DNA of 64,000 nucleotides from positions 104,408,001 through 104,472,000 of the forward strand of contig OX597816.1 in assembly GCA_951406725.2 (NCBI GenBank), written 5' to 3'. A program made the position numbers and the translations under genes. Source of the stretch: Octopus vulgaris. Lineage: Eukaryota. The notes beneath the pieces were generated by a model. The model made no database searches. It was not told where the DNA came from and saw only the letters and a list, made by a program, of their open reading frames with translations. This document shows, piece after piece, positions 13,547 through 28,350 of this stretch (positions within the stretch are counted from its first letter, which is position 1; every line of letters starts with the position of its first letter).

Positions 13547-13590
13547 TTACAGTTGAAAAGGTCTCAAAATGACCGAAACCGGTACTGAAA
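13547..13590 (+). ncRNA. Hammerhead copy in inverted pLTR
   Basis: ttacag ttgaaaa ggtc tcaaaat gacc gaaa ccgg ta ctgaaa. Confidence 0.75.
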
Positions 13591-13633
13591 GATTCACTAT
13601 AAAATTATCTTAGCATTTTCTATTTTTGACTTG

Positions 13634-14658
<1,025 letters not shown>

Positions 14659-14724
14659 TTCATATATATATATATATATGTGTAAATGTATACACACACA
14701 TACATATATATATATATATACATA

Positions 14725-15406
14725 CATGGTGCGATGGGTAAATTGTCTCCATTCTACGTTTTTAATTTGCGCATGCGCATTGTTTGGTTTTGATTTTGTC
14801 GACTGCACAGTATAGTAGGGTCAGTTGTGTGAGAATAACAGCACCATGGCACAATTCACTCTGCCGGAAATTTGGAAATGACATGGCGTACTGCTTAGCA
14901 TTTGAGCCGGAAGCTCCATGGGTGTCATGTGGAATAGTGAAGAGTCCTGTTGCATTTCTCCTCAAATTGTACTGTCCTCAGATTGAGGACACTGCAATTT
15001 GAGATGTGCAACAGGACTCATCACCATGCCACACGAGCAAGAGAATCCAGTCACGGCTGTCAGCCTATTTCTGCGACATCATTTCAAACACCTTGATTAT
15101 TATGTGTGAGGCGCAGTTGAGTGACAGACCAACAAAACTCTTTGTAACATCAAAGATGAACTGAACGCAAGGGCTACAGCATCATTCATCAACTTAAACA
15201 AGGAAACCGTCCAGAAGTGTTGCACGAGATTCCGAAGTCGTCTAGTGGCCGTGGTTGAAGCGAGTGACTATTTTATCAAATAGGTTTCCTCTCTAGTATT
15301 TCAAGATATTTTTATGCAATAATGGCAATTATATCAGTTACAATGAGATGTCAGTGTTATTTTCATTTTTGCGTAATTTAGACGGCAATATATTCACCGC
15401 ACCATA
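14725..15406 (+). mobile_element. Internally deleted Tc1/mariner-superfamily transposon
   Basis: Imperfect TIRs catggtgcgatgggtaaattgtc / ggcaatatattcaccgcaccat in TA context; residual coding QQDSSPCHTSK, DYYV*GAVE, RFRSRLVAVVEA. Confidence 0.75.
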
Positions 15407-15478
15407 TATATATATATATATATATGCATGTATGTATGTATATATAGACATATATTATATATTTATATATGTATATAT

Positions 15479-15550
<72 letters not shown>

Positions 15551-16680
15551 TCATACACACACACACACACACTGACATACATAAGGAAAATTAAGATATT
15601 TTGTTACCTTAAATATCAATTCTGGTTTAACTGGAATTTTAGCCACCACACCAGAACAAATCAGCACTTAAAAATAATATTCTAAATGGAATTTATTATT
15701 ATTATTATTATTGTTGTTGTTGCTGTTGTTGTTGTTATCATTAGTATCAACATAATTTTTATTATTTAGTAGTAGTAGCAGCAGCAGCAACAGTAATAGT
15801 AGTAGTAGTAGTTTTCTTTTACTGTAGATGTCTATGAAGGACACTATAGGATTCTGTGGCGACAAATAGTTAAATGCGTTCCGTTGAGAAATGAAGTAAT
15901 AAGAACACATACATTTCCTGATAATATATTACCACTGGATTGAGAAACGAAACAACAAAATATATCCTCTTCATATGTCATTATAACCTTTATCAGATTA
16001 ATACTATCAAGTAAAACACATGTTGCAATGCATATCCATATAACCAAAATAAATCTGTTCACTTAAGCCTACTGTATCCATTATGTCTTTCTAAGCAAAA
16101 ATTTTCCATTGCTCAGCGATGTTAGAGCTGGCTTCTTTATTACTATGTCCTTTAATTCCTTACTTCTACGGATGCTATTTTCAGCATTATATTCTATACC
16201 TTCCATCGTATATATCCTATTTATACTCCACTTGCAGTATACAAACCAAAAAGTAGGACCCAGTTTCCTTTATATTCTACAATTTATGCTGCAGATGGAG
16301 GACTTTAGTTGGACATTTCATATTTCATATTGTTTTCGCTGATGTTGTTGCTTGTTGCTATTGGTTGGGTTGTTCTTGCTCTTTTTGTTGTTGGTGATAA
16401 TGATCATCATCCTTATGAGACTAGTGTGGTGGTAGTAGTGAATATTAAAATGATTATGATGATGATACTTATGATTATGGTCAACATAACGAGTATACAT
16501 CCACACATGCATTTATAATTCATAACATAAAATATCGTTATGTCCATGTTTGTACCCGAATACGTTAGCATTTAAAAAAATATAACACATGATTATGACA
16601 CAATGTTATGCGTATGAGTGCGTACCATACATACATGCACATATACATGCATGTACGTATTTAAAGCCATATACGTATTT

Positions 16681-17451
<771 letters not shown>

Positions 17452-19419
17452 ATGCAGAGATATATTGAGAAGGGAGAGTAGAAGAGAGAAATATGTAGAA
17501 AGGTCGACGGGAATACGAGCAAATACAAAAACCCTATAGTAATCAAATAAATGTACAAACAATAGAGAAAGAATTGTAGAACGAGAAATGGTATGATACA
17601 CTTGCTGATGTTATTCATTATGAAACGCATATGCCATGAAATCAATAAATATATGTGATAAATTATAGTATCTCCTTTTTGTCCAAAGCTGCATATTAGT
17701 CACATGAAACAAGTAGGTTTTCTTCTGTTTATTAGATACAATTTACAGTACTATAAACCAAATATTTTACATGGAACCCACTAACAGAGATATTATTTGA
17801 CCTGAATGCTCTCCAAATGAATTATTTTCATTTAGGCAAATCTTTTCCTTTTAATGCAAACTAATATTTTAAAATAAGATTAAGAATTTTGTTTAGTATT
17901 TTAATTAATTTATTTTCGGTATGTTGGATTCTTAATAAGTTACATTGGCTATGTAAAATAGAATTAGTGTTGCTACAATCAAATCAATCGGCACTTGTAT
18001 TATAGGCTACTTATGTTATCGATTCGTGAGGTATCAAAGGGCGATGAAATTTTATAAACAGAACTTAAAGTGGCAAACCTATTTATGTTATTATATATTA
18101 TTTATTCTAGTGTTGTAGCATTTCGATCAATTAGAGACTCCGAATAGTAGTAATTACTAACACTGGGCGAATGAAAAGAATTATGGAGGTGTATTCAGTC
18201 GACAATGGCACTAATTTTATCCACTCAGCTCCCCCAGAAATATTGAGTATGGACGACGTCTGCAAGATTTGAAATCAGAATAAAAAAGGACGTAACTAAA
18301 CAATGGGTTCAAATTTTGGTACAAGGTCAGCAGTTTTAGGAAAACGACCAAATCGATTAAATTGACTCCAGTTTCCTACTAGCACTGTATCATAAGAAAT
18401 GGCAGAGCAATGGACGTAATATTTTGCTGTGTTTTTATGCATCAACCTTGATCGACAAAACCTATTATAAAAGGTATTCTTGCAGTGCTCATCCCATTTT
18501 TCTTCTCTTTCAGATATTGTGTATCTAGAACTACTTTGCGTACCCGCTCTTCTTGGAAATTTAAGGGCTATTTCTATCAGGTCGAGCGATAATGTTGCGG
18601 TTACCTTACACAGCAACATGAGCTGATGGAGCGGCACAAAGTATAGAGTGTCAAGATGAATCCCCGGAGATATTTATTTACGTAGTTTAATGTTTTGGTT
18701 TGAAATCCCCTGATATCACTTCTGAAATGTCATGTTAGTAGGATCGCTAATATGCGTATCACATATATAACATAATCGATTTGTCACACGGCGTTACATT
18801 AGAGTGTGGAAAGAGATTCCTTGCAGAGATTCCTTGAAGTATTTATTCTGTTTTTTTTTTTTGTATTTCAAGTTCAATTACCACTTTGCTTTCCATATAT
18901 CTTGGGTCGATAAATAAAGTGTCAATCTTGCGCGGTAGACTAGCGGAATCTGTCTTGCAACACGTGTTCCGGCTCTTCGCCTGCTTAGTCAAAAATCAAG
19001 TTTTATATATTGTATTATATCATATTATATTATATTATAAAACGGTGAGCCGGTGGAATCGTTTGCACACCGTACAGAATGGTTAGCGGAATTTCTTCTG
19101 GTTTTACGCTCTGAGTTCATATTCATATGGGCCTTTACACACACAGCAGACATCTATTTAAGGATACTTGAAACACTATATCCAAGTGAGAATTTTTTTT
19201 TAATATTTCCAAATACTCACGCATTCACAGAATTATCCGAAATAAAGTATTTATAGACATACATTTAAATATTTTCTTTGTAACCACTTTCCTTCCAACT
19301 ATTAGACTTTTATATATTACTGAACAATCGACTCATTCGCTGACGATATTTAGCCCTATCCATACCTCCTTTCCTTGAGGAATTTTTATATTTTCGAGGT
19401 TTTTTCCTCTGCATACTCT

Positions 19420-19824
19420 TCTACTCTTTTACTTGTTTTGATCATTTGACTGTGGCCATGCTAGAGCACCGCCTTTAGCCGAAGAAATCGACTCCAGGAC
19501 TTCTTCCTTGTAAACCTAGAACATATTCTATTGGTTCTCTTTTGCCGAACCGCTAAGTTATCGGGACGTAAACACACCAGCATCGGTTCTCAAGCGATGT
19601 TGGGGGACAAACACAGACACACAAACATATACACATACACATACATATAAACATATATACGACGGGCGTGTTTCGGGTTCCGTCTACCAAATCCACTCAC
19701 AAGGCTTTGGTCGGTCCGAGGCTATAGTAGAAAGACACTTGCCCAAGTTGCCACGCCGTGGGATTGAACCCAGAACCATGTGGTTGGTAAGTAGGCTACT
19801 TATCACACTGCCACTCCTACGCCT
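19420..19824 (-). mobile_element. SINE family B copy
   Basis: Reverse complement of 14247-14658. Confidence 0.8.
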
Positions 19825-20056
19825 ATGGTTACTTTGTCAAATGGCATTCTAAAGTTTGTTTCTTTTCTTTTGGAAAAAATTATCATATTTTTACTTTTAT
19901 ATGTACTCGCTAGTTTCTTTTTTAATTCTGTAGCTTGCAATCGATTTTCATTTACATCCTTATATTTGAATACCTGTCCAACCTGCTTATGCATGTGTGT
20001 TATATCATTTTATGATAATGTGTGTAAGTTAATAGGGTGCACCACTCTCTATAACG

Positions 20057-20100
<44 letters not shown>

Positions 20101-20103
<3 letters not shown>

Positions 20104-20325
20104 GTTGCGGCCAAAATGTTCAGAACGGCATTGTTTTCGCCAGTAAAGTAGGTATAAGTTTTTATCAAAGTTGTTTTATATTCTATAATTTTCACAGACA
20201 ATAAATACAATATTAATTGTTATTCTCTGAGATTTTGGTGTAATTTGAGAGGATAATACAAACGTTATGGATGATTTAGTGATTTACTGCAAAACCCATG
20301 GCGGCCAAAATGATCAGAACGGTTG
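20101..20325 (+). mobile_element. Left end of a Tc1-like element with IR/DR structure
   Basis: TA + cagttgcggccaaaatgttcagaacgg, with an inner direct repeat gcggccaaaatgatcagaacgg near 20301. Confidence 0.55.
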
Positions 20326-20339
20326 CTTTTACTCCGTGT

Positions 20340-21140
20340 TTTAGTATATTTAACCGGTGAACTCTAATGTTTTGACTTTGTTTACGCGATGGTTCGTTTA
20401 CTAAAAACATTAGTAAGAATATCTTACTTATATAACCTGGATATAAGAGCTCTAGGTTTCTCTAGGTTCTCCTTTTCTCCAATTTTGGAAGAGACTTTTA
20501 CTTGCTGAGCAACTTTGTTCAAATTTTACTTCCTATTCCATACTAGTGCATCTGGCGAGCTGTGTTTACATTGGATTGCTGTTTTTATTGGAATGTACCA
20601 CTAGTATACTTTATATTCTAAAGGATGGATACTTTCTGGTACTAAAGGTTGGATACTCTCTGGTTCGGCCCTTATTATTGGGGTCGGCGTAATCTTTCTT
20701 ACATATAGTACAGTAAACCGTCTCAGCAACAATTCTATGTCTCATGGGAAAGCAGCATATTGAGAATATTTTGGGACAGCTATTGATGGTGTGAGTGATA
20801 TCTTCTATACTGGAATGGCACAACCAACACTTCCCTTCACAGCGTGAAGTAAAGAGGTATCCTAGAGATATATCTCTTTTATTCTTTGGGTGTTTAGTAG
20901 CTATTTCCTGCTCTCGAATAGCAAAAGCATACCCTCTTGGGTGAGATGTGACGTACTTAACACGGATCCCACAGAGACTATTATTTCTGTCTTGTGGTAT
21001 TCTCTAGTTTGTGAGATATGTAACTATGCGTAACTGGTACGAGAGTTATTTCACCTCTAATTCTCTTTCCAAGTAGGTCAATCCACCACCCTTAGTACAA
21101 AGGGAGCAGCTGTAAACTCGGGTTACTTGTTCAAGACTTT
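20340..21140 (-). mobile_element. Decayed RLE-clade (R4/Dong/NeSL-like) LINE, 3' part
   Basis: GYAFAIREQEIATK; CWLCHSSIEDITHTINSCPK...PMRH zinc knuckle; WYIPIKTAIQCKHSSPDALVW PD-nuclease start. Confidence 0.75.
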
Positions 21141-21994
21141 TCTGTCTAATTCCATATCTATTTGTCTGTCCATCTGTCTGTCTGTCTGTCTGTCTGTCTG
21201 TATGTATGTATGTATGTATGTATGTGTGTGTGTGTGTGTATGTATGTGTGTGTATGTATGTATGTGTGTATGTATGTGTTTAATAGTCGACGTTCTATAA
21301 ATATTTTTTTCCCTCATAGACACAAATTATTTCAAACTTCTTTGTTGAAGAGCTGAAGAGAAAGTTGTGCACAACCTGCATTGTGATTGATAGTAAATAT
21401 CAGCAGGCAGTAATGCAACATCATTCTGAAGGTAGACAGCTGCAACGATGCTAAGACATCTTGTCGGAATGGTTTGTTTGTAAATAAGCAAAGACGAATT
21501 GAACTCGCTAACATCAAATATCGATTTCGTTTTGGAAGAAAAATGTAAGAGGGTGAAATATCAGGAAAAAACGTGTTACAGTAATTTTAATTGGAGAGAG
21601 AATTAGTCAACTTGACTGTGTATAATTATATTATTGACAATTTTTTTTTCCTAATGGCTTATTCAGCAGTTTAGTTATAGCACTTTGCAAGTCCTCAGAG
21701 ACTGATCGGAGAGGATCTAGACAAGAAAATATAGCCGTTGTTTACTAAATGTTGTTCTAGTGAGAATGCAAAGCATTAGTATACACATATTCTTCTCAGA
21801 CCACATATTAAAGAGATCAAGACACTAGATGATGGTTCAAAAGAAGTAACTACTTAGTTTTACTACCTAAGAATATGTGCATCTAAGAATATGATTACGC
21901 GTTGTTTCTGTCTATCTAATTTTAATCACTCTGTCTGAGGTAATCCAGGGTTATCGAAGTATCGAACAGTGAGCTTGAATCTAAAAGCATGTAT

Positions 21995-23100
21995 TGTGGC
22001 AAGTGTCACGACACCCCCGGCAATAATAAACTTGACCGAACGACTATAAATAGTAGCGGTTTGAGTGAATGACAAAGAAGAGTAGGCGTTAATCGCAGGA
22101 AGTCGTAAAGTGTCGTTTTGGTAGTTTGTTGAAATATCGTTTGTTGATTCGTGTGTAGTTCGTGGAGAGCTTATTGGAGTATTACGTTATTGTTACCCTA
22201 CTTCGTTATATGTTTTATTGTTGCTACACGGTTATAGAGTAAACAATTTTTGTCATAGATAGTGGCGATACTACAATAACTGGCAGCGAGTGACTACGTC
22301 ACAATATTAGCGACGAGGATTCGAAGGTCACGCAGGTCAGTTTTTATGATACAAAGTTGTTAATGATGGAATACCTATTAGCTTCTATAATGCAGTTTCA
22401 AAATCAGCACTAACAACAGCATCAGGAGTTGCAGAAACAAATACTTCAGCAGCAAGAAGAACAACAGTTAATGGAGCTATGTCTTGAGAAGTCCGGAAAC
22501 ACTATAAGTTCGTTTTTGCCAGACAGAATTCAGTTCAAGATATAAAAAGTAAATCAGCGGAGGACAAGTACATCTTAAAATTGAAGGAAACCTTGAAAAA
22601 TAAACAAAATAAAAAGACGATGGCGAACCATTTCTTCATTCTGCAACGACGCATTAATGTACACACAAAGAGTGGTAGTACCAACTGCACTACAGAAACG
22701 GATATAAGATGAATTTCATAGTGGACATCTGGGGATGCCAAGAATGAAAGTTTTGATGAGGAATTACATGTATTGGCCGACAATGGACCGGGACAGAAAT
22801 TTTGGTAAAATCATGTAGAGGATGTGCGCTAGCAGCCAAGGCACCTCCGGTAAAAACCAATCGACATTTTGATGTCGGATACAAAATCCACTTCAAAGTA
22901 TACAAGAACGGTAAAGAGAGTTGGCAGGATGGTGTAGTGACTAAAGGCATTGGAAACATGGTGTATTTAATAAAAGGCCAACGACGGGAGCATAAATGAT
23001 ACCTAAATCAATTAAAAATCAGACATACAGAAGAGGGGAAGGAAATTCCAATGATAGGAAAAGAGTGGACACCGCTAAACGCATCCAAGATGCCACATCA
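21995..23100 (+). mobile_element. Gypsy-type LTR retrotransposon remnant: 5' LTR (about 21995-22275), PBS, Q-rich gag start, integrase pieces
   Basis: TG...CA LTR with tataaa; PBS tggcagcg at 22281; GHLGMPRMK...YWP..LVKSCRGC H2C2 zinc domain; C-terminal W.DGVVTKGIGNMVYLI..NQL. Confidence 0.75.
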
Positions 23101-24189
23101 TGGTGTTTAACCGGGCGACATGCTAAGTCTACATGCATCCAACTCAGTCATTGCGGGATTAGAAGCGAGAACGCAAGCCATCTTGTCCAGAATTCTTACA
23201 ATTCTGCGAATCTACCACTTTGGATTGATACATTTTTATCTGCACCGAAAGACCGAAAGGCAAAGTTGACCGTTGGGGAATTTGAATTCAGAGCGCGGCG
23301 GGCCGGAGCAAATACCGCAGAGTATTCTGTCCGACACACACATATATGCATACATGCATACATACATACATACATACATACAGACAGACAGACAGACAGA
23401 CAGATAGACAGACAGACATATATACATACGTACATGTCTGTGTTCGCGTTTATATCGCTTATTACATGCATTAACCTCAAAAAGCAAAATATACACCTTA
23501 ATCATCATTCGTCGAATTGAAGTATTTATTCGCTAAACTTAGACTACAGCTAATTTGCTTCGTTGTCTCATTAATGTATTCTGTCTGTCTGTCTCTCTTG
23601 CACTCACTCCCTCTCTCGCACACTCTCTCCCTCTCCCACCATACACACACATGGATAGGTAGGGTGATAGAAGGGAAGTTGCGTCGACAAGTCGCTATCT
23701 GATGTAACAATTATGATTTTAGTCGACAGAAACCAACAGACTTATTATTTTCCGTGATTGATATCAAGTTGCGAAAGAACGCCTAGCCTAAATTGAACTC
23801 CCAGCTTTAGGACATTGAATGTTCAATAGTGTTGGGTCGCAATTATAATTTTCCAAGAGATGGGCATAACAGAGATCGATCGAAATGATAACATTATTTT
23901 CAAGAAAAGCAACTAAACGAAAGAGAAAACTTTGACTATGGAAAACAGTTGTATGTTATTTAATAGAAAAAGAATTATGAATTACGAAACTGACAGACAA
24001 TCCTAAATCTCATGGTACAACTGAGGAGAGACATTCATATGTAAATTTATTGCTCCCAAACACTAACTAAAATCAGTAAGTAAATGCTTTATCATAAGTA
24101 ATTACAAAACGTAGGCCTAAAACCCGTTAGCTTTCATGAAACCCTCTATCTCTGTATCGCAGCCTGAAATGCCATTTCATCAACGATGA

Positions 24190-24900
24190 AAGCTTTCTTC
24201 TCCGGCAAGATCTGGAATCATCCTGGCACAGAACCTAAAATAGAAATTATCCAAACAACCACAATGCTGTGTAGTTAAATTATCCACACTGAGTATTGTT
24301 AAAATGCGTGTTTGAAATATATGGTATTACCAATGAAACTCCTTCTGACAGTTGTTGCAAAACTATTGAGTAAAGGAGTAAGTATGTACATCACGTGTAA
24401 ACTACAATGAAAATCATATTTTGAGAGTAAATGAAGAACATCTGGTTTGGATTATTAGTGAACAGCTATTCTGTATGACCCAAGGCTAGCTGTACAAACC
24501 TGTTTCAACAGGAACTTCGGAAGCAACATTCAACGTTTCAACAGAAAGTTATGCATGGGAATGTACGCCTCAAGCTAGGAGACATTCACAGAAGGTGTAA
24601 TCGTTTCTGTATTTGTGATAGATGCATCATTTCCTACCTAGAAGGATATGCATTCGCTATTCAGGAACAGGAAATACCTGACAAATAAAAAGAGATAAGG
24701 ATTCTTCCAAGTATCCAGTTTGTGCTGCAAAATGTCGATAGTGTTATACCAATATGGATCATATTCTCTACATCATTGGGGTGTGTAGGACCACAATATA
24801 GTTCCCAGATTTACTCTGATTCCCAGCCATGGGACCCTGATAGGTTATGACATTCCATTCATGCGCAGAGACGCAGAAATACCTTTCGTTTGTATCAGGG
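24190..24900 (+). mobile_element. Second decayed RLE-clade LINE fragment (boundaries approximate)
   Basis: EGYAFAIQEQEIPDK near 24641; KCR*CYTNMDHILYIIGVC zinc knuckle remnant. Confidence 0.6.
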
Positions 24901-26185
24901 TGCACACTAAAATCACAGATTTGAGGGATCCCAACATGTTATCACAGCACCTGATGCAAAACCTGCGATTTCACAGACGTTTTTGTCTTCTGGCTTCATC
25001 TTGTCACTTGACACTAATCGCCGGTACTCAGAGAGTGGTATTGCTGCTGCACAAGCATTTATTACGTGAATCCATTGACGTATGGGTGTCGGTTTATGGT
25101 AAGGCCATTTGACACGCCATCAACTGAAAGTCCTAACGATGGGAGAGTGGTGGCATGTGCAGAACTAACCAGTTGGAAGCGCTACATAAGTTACAACTTT
25201 TTTCTGTTATTTATGATTCAAACCACGAAGATCTGACGCGGGACGGAATAGTCATATAAGAAGTCATAGAAAAAAACTCAGAAATGCTAGTGACAACGAG
25301 GAGGCGCAGAGAAACTGCAATCGTTAATGAAAATGGAGTCCGACGAAGAGTTATGCTCGAAACGTCAAAATCTCTATTTCTATTGATCGTCAAGCTAATA
25401 CATTCCTCGTGCACGTCCCCTTGTCCGTTAATTCTATTATACGTTTTTTTTCCAATTGATAGTTTATTTGAATTGACTACGTATATATATGTCTGCTGGC
25501 ATGAACTAAGAAGTCAACATGTAATATTTTATTGTATAAATTTTCCATGATATTGTGTTCATATCTTATGCATGCAAATTTTAAGTATAAATTTGTAATT
25601 TATTTAATGAGTACAATTGAAACAGGTGTAGGATGTATGAAGTATCACTTTATTAATAAATAATTATAATTATTGACCTTCAACTCTCCATTTTCTTTTC
25701 TTCTGTTAACTGAATACTCTCTTTCTCACTTTATCTCTCTCCACACACACGCACACACGCACACGCACACACACATACACACACATACAAACACACACAC
25801 ATATATATATATGTTCCCAGCGGTTACTATTTTCCTCTCGCTCTGGTCTAACGACGCTCCATGTTTGCTTTCGTTCGGTTTCCTTTATGTATTTACTGTC
25901 ATTTTTTTGTTCCCAACTTTGACACTCCATAAATTCTAAATTTTGCTTTAAGAAATTATGGGAGTAACTATCTTTGAAAACTCATATTGTCGTTGAATCC
26001 TCGAAATGATGAGGCGATAGACTGCCAACAACTGATGAAGGGTCCTTTCTCTATGTTAAGTTGTCCTGTTTTCCATTTTTTCTCGTTGTTTACACATTTC
26101 ACTCGTTTTCCTTCATTTGTTTACCTATTTCATGTTATTTGCACCGTTGGTGACGTCCTGTGCAATATGCGTGTATATATATATA

Positions 26186-27439
26186 TTGGGTCATCCCATA
26201 AATAATGCGGTTTCAATTGTATGAACTAAAGTTGAATTGGGACGAGATAAACAACCTGCATCAACTTGCTTTAAAAGCAGGTAGTAATTTTACCTTGTAT
26301 TTATTCTTAGTGCAAGTTTTGAAGAGTGCAGTTCGATTTTAACAGCTATGTTTTCAAAGCTATAACGGAAGTGACAAAGAAGAATAGTCGGCATATTTTG
26401 CTTTATGAATTCAATAAAGGCAACAACGGAAAGTGTAAGTAATATTAATGCAATATATAGGGATCAGACACTAAGCGTAAGCCTGTGTCAGCCGCGGTTC
26501 CAGAAATTCCGAGCCGGAAACTACAGCCTAGAAGACGAGCCGCATCCTGGAATATCTGTAGAACTCGACGAGGACGTTCTGCAAACCCTAATGGACCAAA
26601 ATCCTATCGTAATTGTTGAGGAATTAGCAGAGAAGCTTGGATTTAGTCATTCAACCATTCATCAACACATGCGTGCCATCGGAATAATCAGAAAATTGGG
26701 TCAATGGGTTGCTCACAAACTTCCCTAGTCTTATCGCGCGCAGAGTGTGAATACGTGCTCTTTTTTGCTGTCACTTTTCACGAATGAACCTTTTCTGGAC
26801 CGAATAGTGACTGGTGACAAGAAATAGGTTCTCTATAAAAATATTAAGAGCCGAAGACAGTGGATAGGGAAAGGAGAAAGGTTAAAGAAGGTCTTTGTCC
26901 ACGTAAGGCGTTGTTATCTGTTTGGTGGATACGAAAGGTTTAGTCCACTTTGAACTTTTAAAACTAAACCAAAAGATAACAAAGGAGAACTGCTACGAGC
27001 AGCTTGAGCGGCTTAAGTGAGCGCTAGAAGAAAAACGACCATCTTTGGTTTCAAGACAAAAGATGTTCTTCCATCAGGATAATGTTCAGGCACATACAGT
27101 GAGGATGACATTCCAAAGGCTGGAGCATTTTGAATGGGAAACGATTCCCACTCACAATATTCACCGGACATTGCCCCATCTGATTATCATTTATCCCGCA
27201 GTTTTCAAAATCACTGGACGGAAAAAAATATGAATTCTGTAGACGAGGTCAGAACAGTACTTGAGGAGTATTTGTCAACACGGACAAGTGAATTTTGAAA
27301 TTGGGGCAAATCTACCGGATAATGGAAGAGCATTGTAGAAAATGAAGGAGAGTATATTTTAGATTTAAAATGAACTTTATTTTAATTTTGAAAAATAAAG
27401 AAAGTATAATAAAGCTGCATTATTTATGGGATGATCCAA
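26186..27439 (+). mobile_element. Full-length decayed mariner
   Basis: TIRs ttgggtcatcccataaataatgcgg / ctgcattatttatgggatgatccaa with TA flanks; SLEDEPHPG, WVAHKL, RIVTGD, FHQDNVQAH, PSDYHL. Confidence 0.92.
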
Positions 27440-27652
27440 TATATACATACAAACACACATACACACCAATATGTATGTGTGTGTGTGTCTATGTGTTCGA
27501 GTATGTTTGTGTGTGCATTTAGCATTGCTAGTTAATTACCCCAAGTATCGTCTTCTACATCATCTGTGTTGGTGATGTTTAACTGTCAACAAATTACATA
27601 TGCTTGTCTAATTCTTTCTCCCTCTTTATCTATCTATCTATCTATCTATCTC

Positions 27653-27685
<33 letters not shown>

Positions 27686-27766
27686 ATCTATCTATCTATC
27701 TATCTATTTAACTAGTTATCTACCTCTCTCCTTACCTCTTTCCCTCTCCCTCTCTCTCTCTCTCTC

Positions 27767-27838
<72 letters not shown>

Positions 27839-28122
27839 ATCATATGTAAATATTTGTGAGTATACATGCATATATACATAATATATAAATGTATTCATTC
27901 ATATATCAATTTATGGGCATATAAATAGATATTTTATACATATATTACACGAGCATGTAATGCATATACGTTTGCGTACGTGTATATGTATATGTAAGAA
28001 TAAATTAAGCCTTGCTTGTTAATTATCACAAACACTAATGGTGAATAGGACGATATTCATTATGATGTGATGCTAGTGGGTGGTGTTTGGCAAAGATAAT
28101 GAATGCATTGAAAAGTAAAGCT

Positions 28123-28225
28123 GACGACGACAATAACGACGGCGACGACGAAGAAGACGACAACGAGAACGACGACAATGATGACAAGAACGAGATAACG
28201 GCGACGACGATGACGACTATGATGC

Positions 28226-28258
<33 letters not shown>

Positions 28259-28350
28259 CGACAACGACGACGACGACGACGTGATTGATGATGATAGTAA
28301 CCGCGATGACGATGACGACGATGATGGTGATGATGAAGACGAAGATGATA
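28123..28350. repeat. (GAC/GAT)n trinucleotide tract
   Basis: Directly visible. Confidence 0.9.

Larger units (their letters stand above)
9657..13638 (-). mobile_element. Penelope-like retroelement, 5'-truncated, with 3' pLTR, upstream tandem pLTR and inverted pLTR; mariner nested inside
   Basis: RT + GIY-YIG ORF; near-identical pLTR copies at 9657-9885, about 13193-13408 (direct) and 13415-13638 (inverted). Confidence 0.9.

Noticed and set aside
24122-24186. Possible minus-strand hammerhead (tgatga...gaaagcta)
   Set aside because: Core lacks C3 and stems are only 3 bp; could be chance
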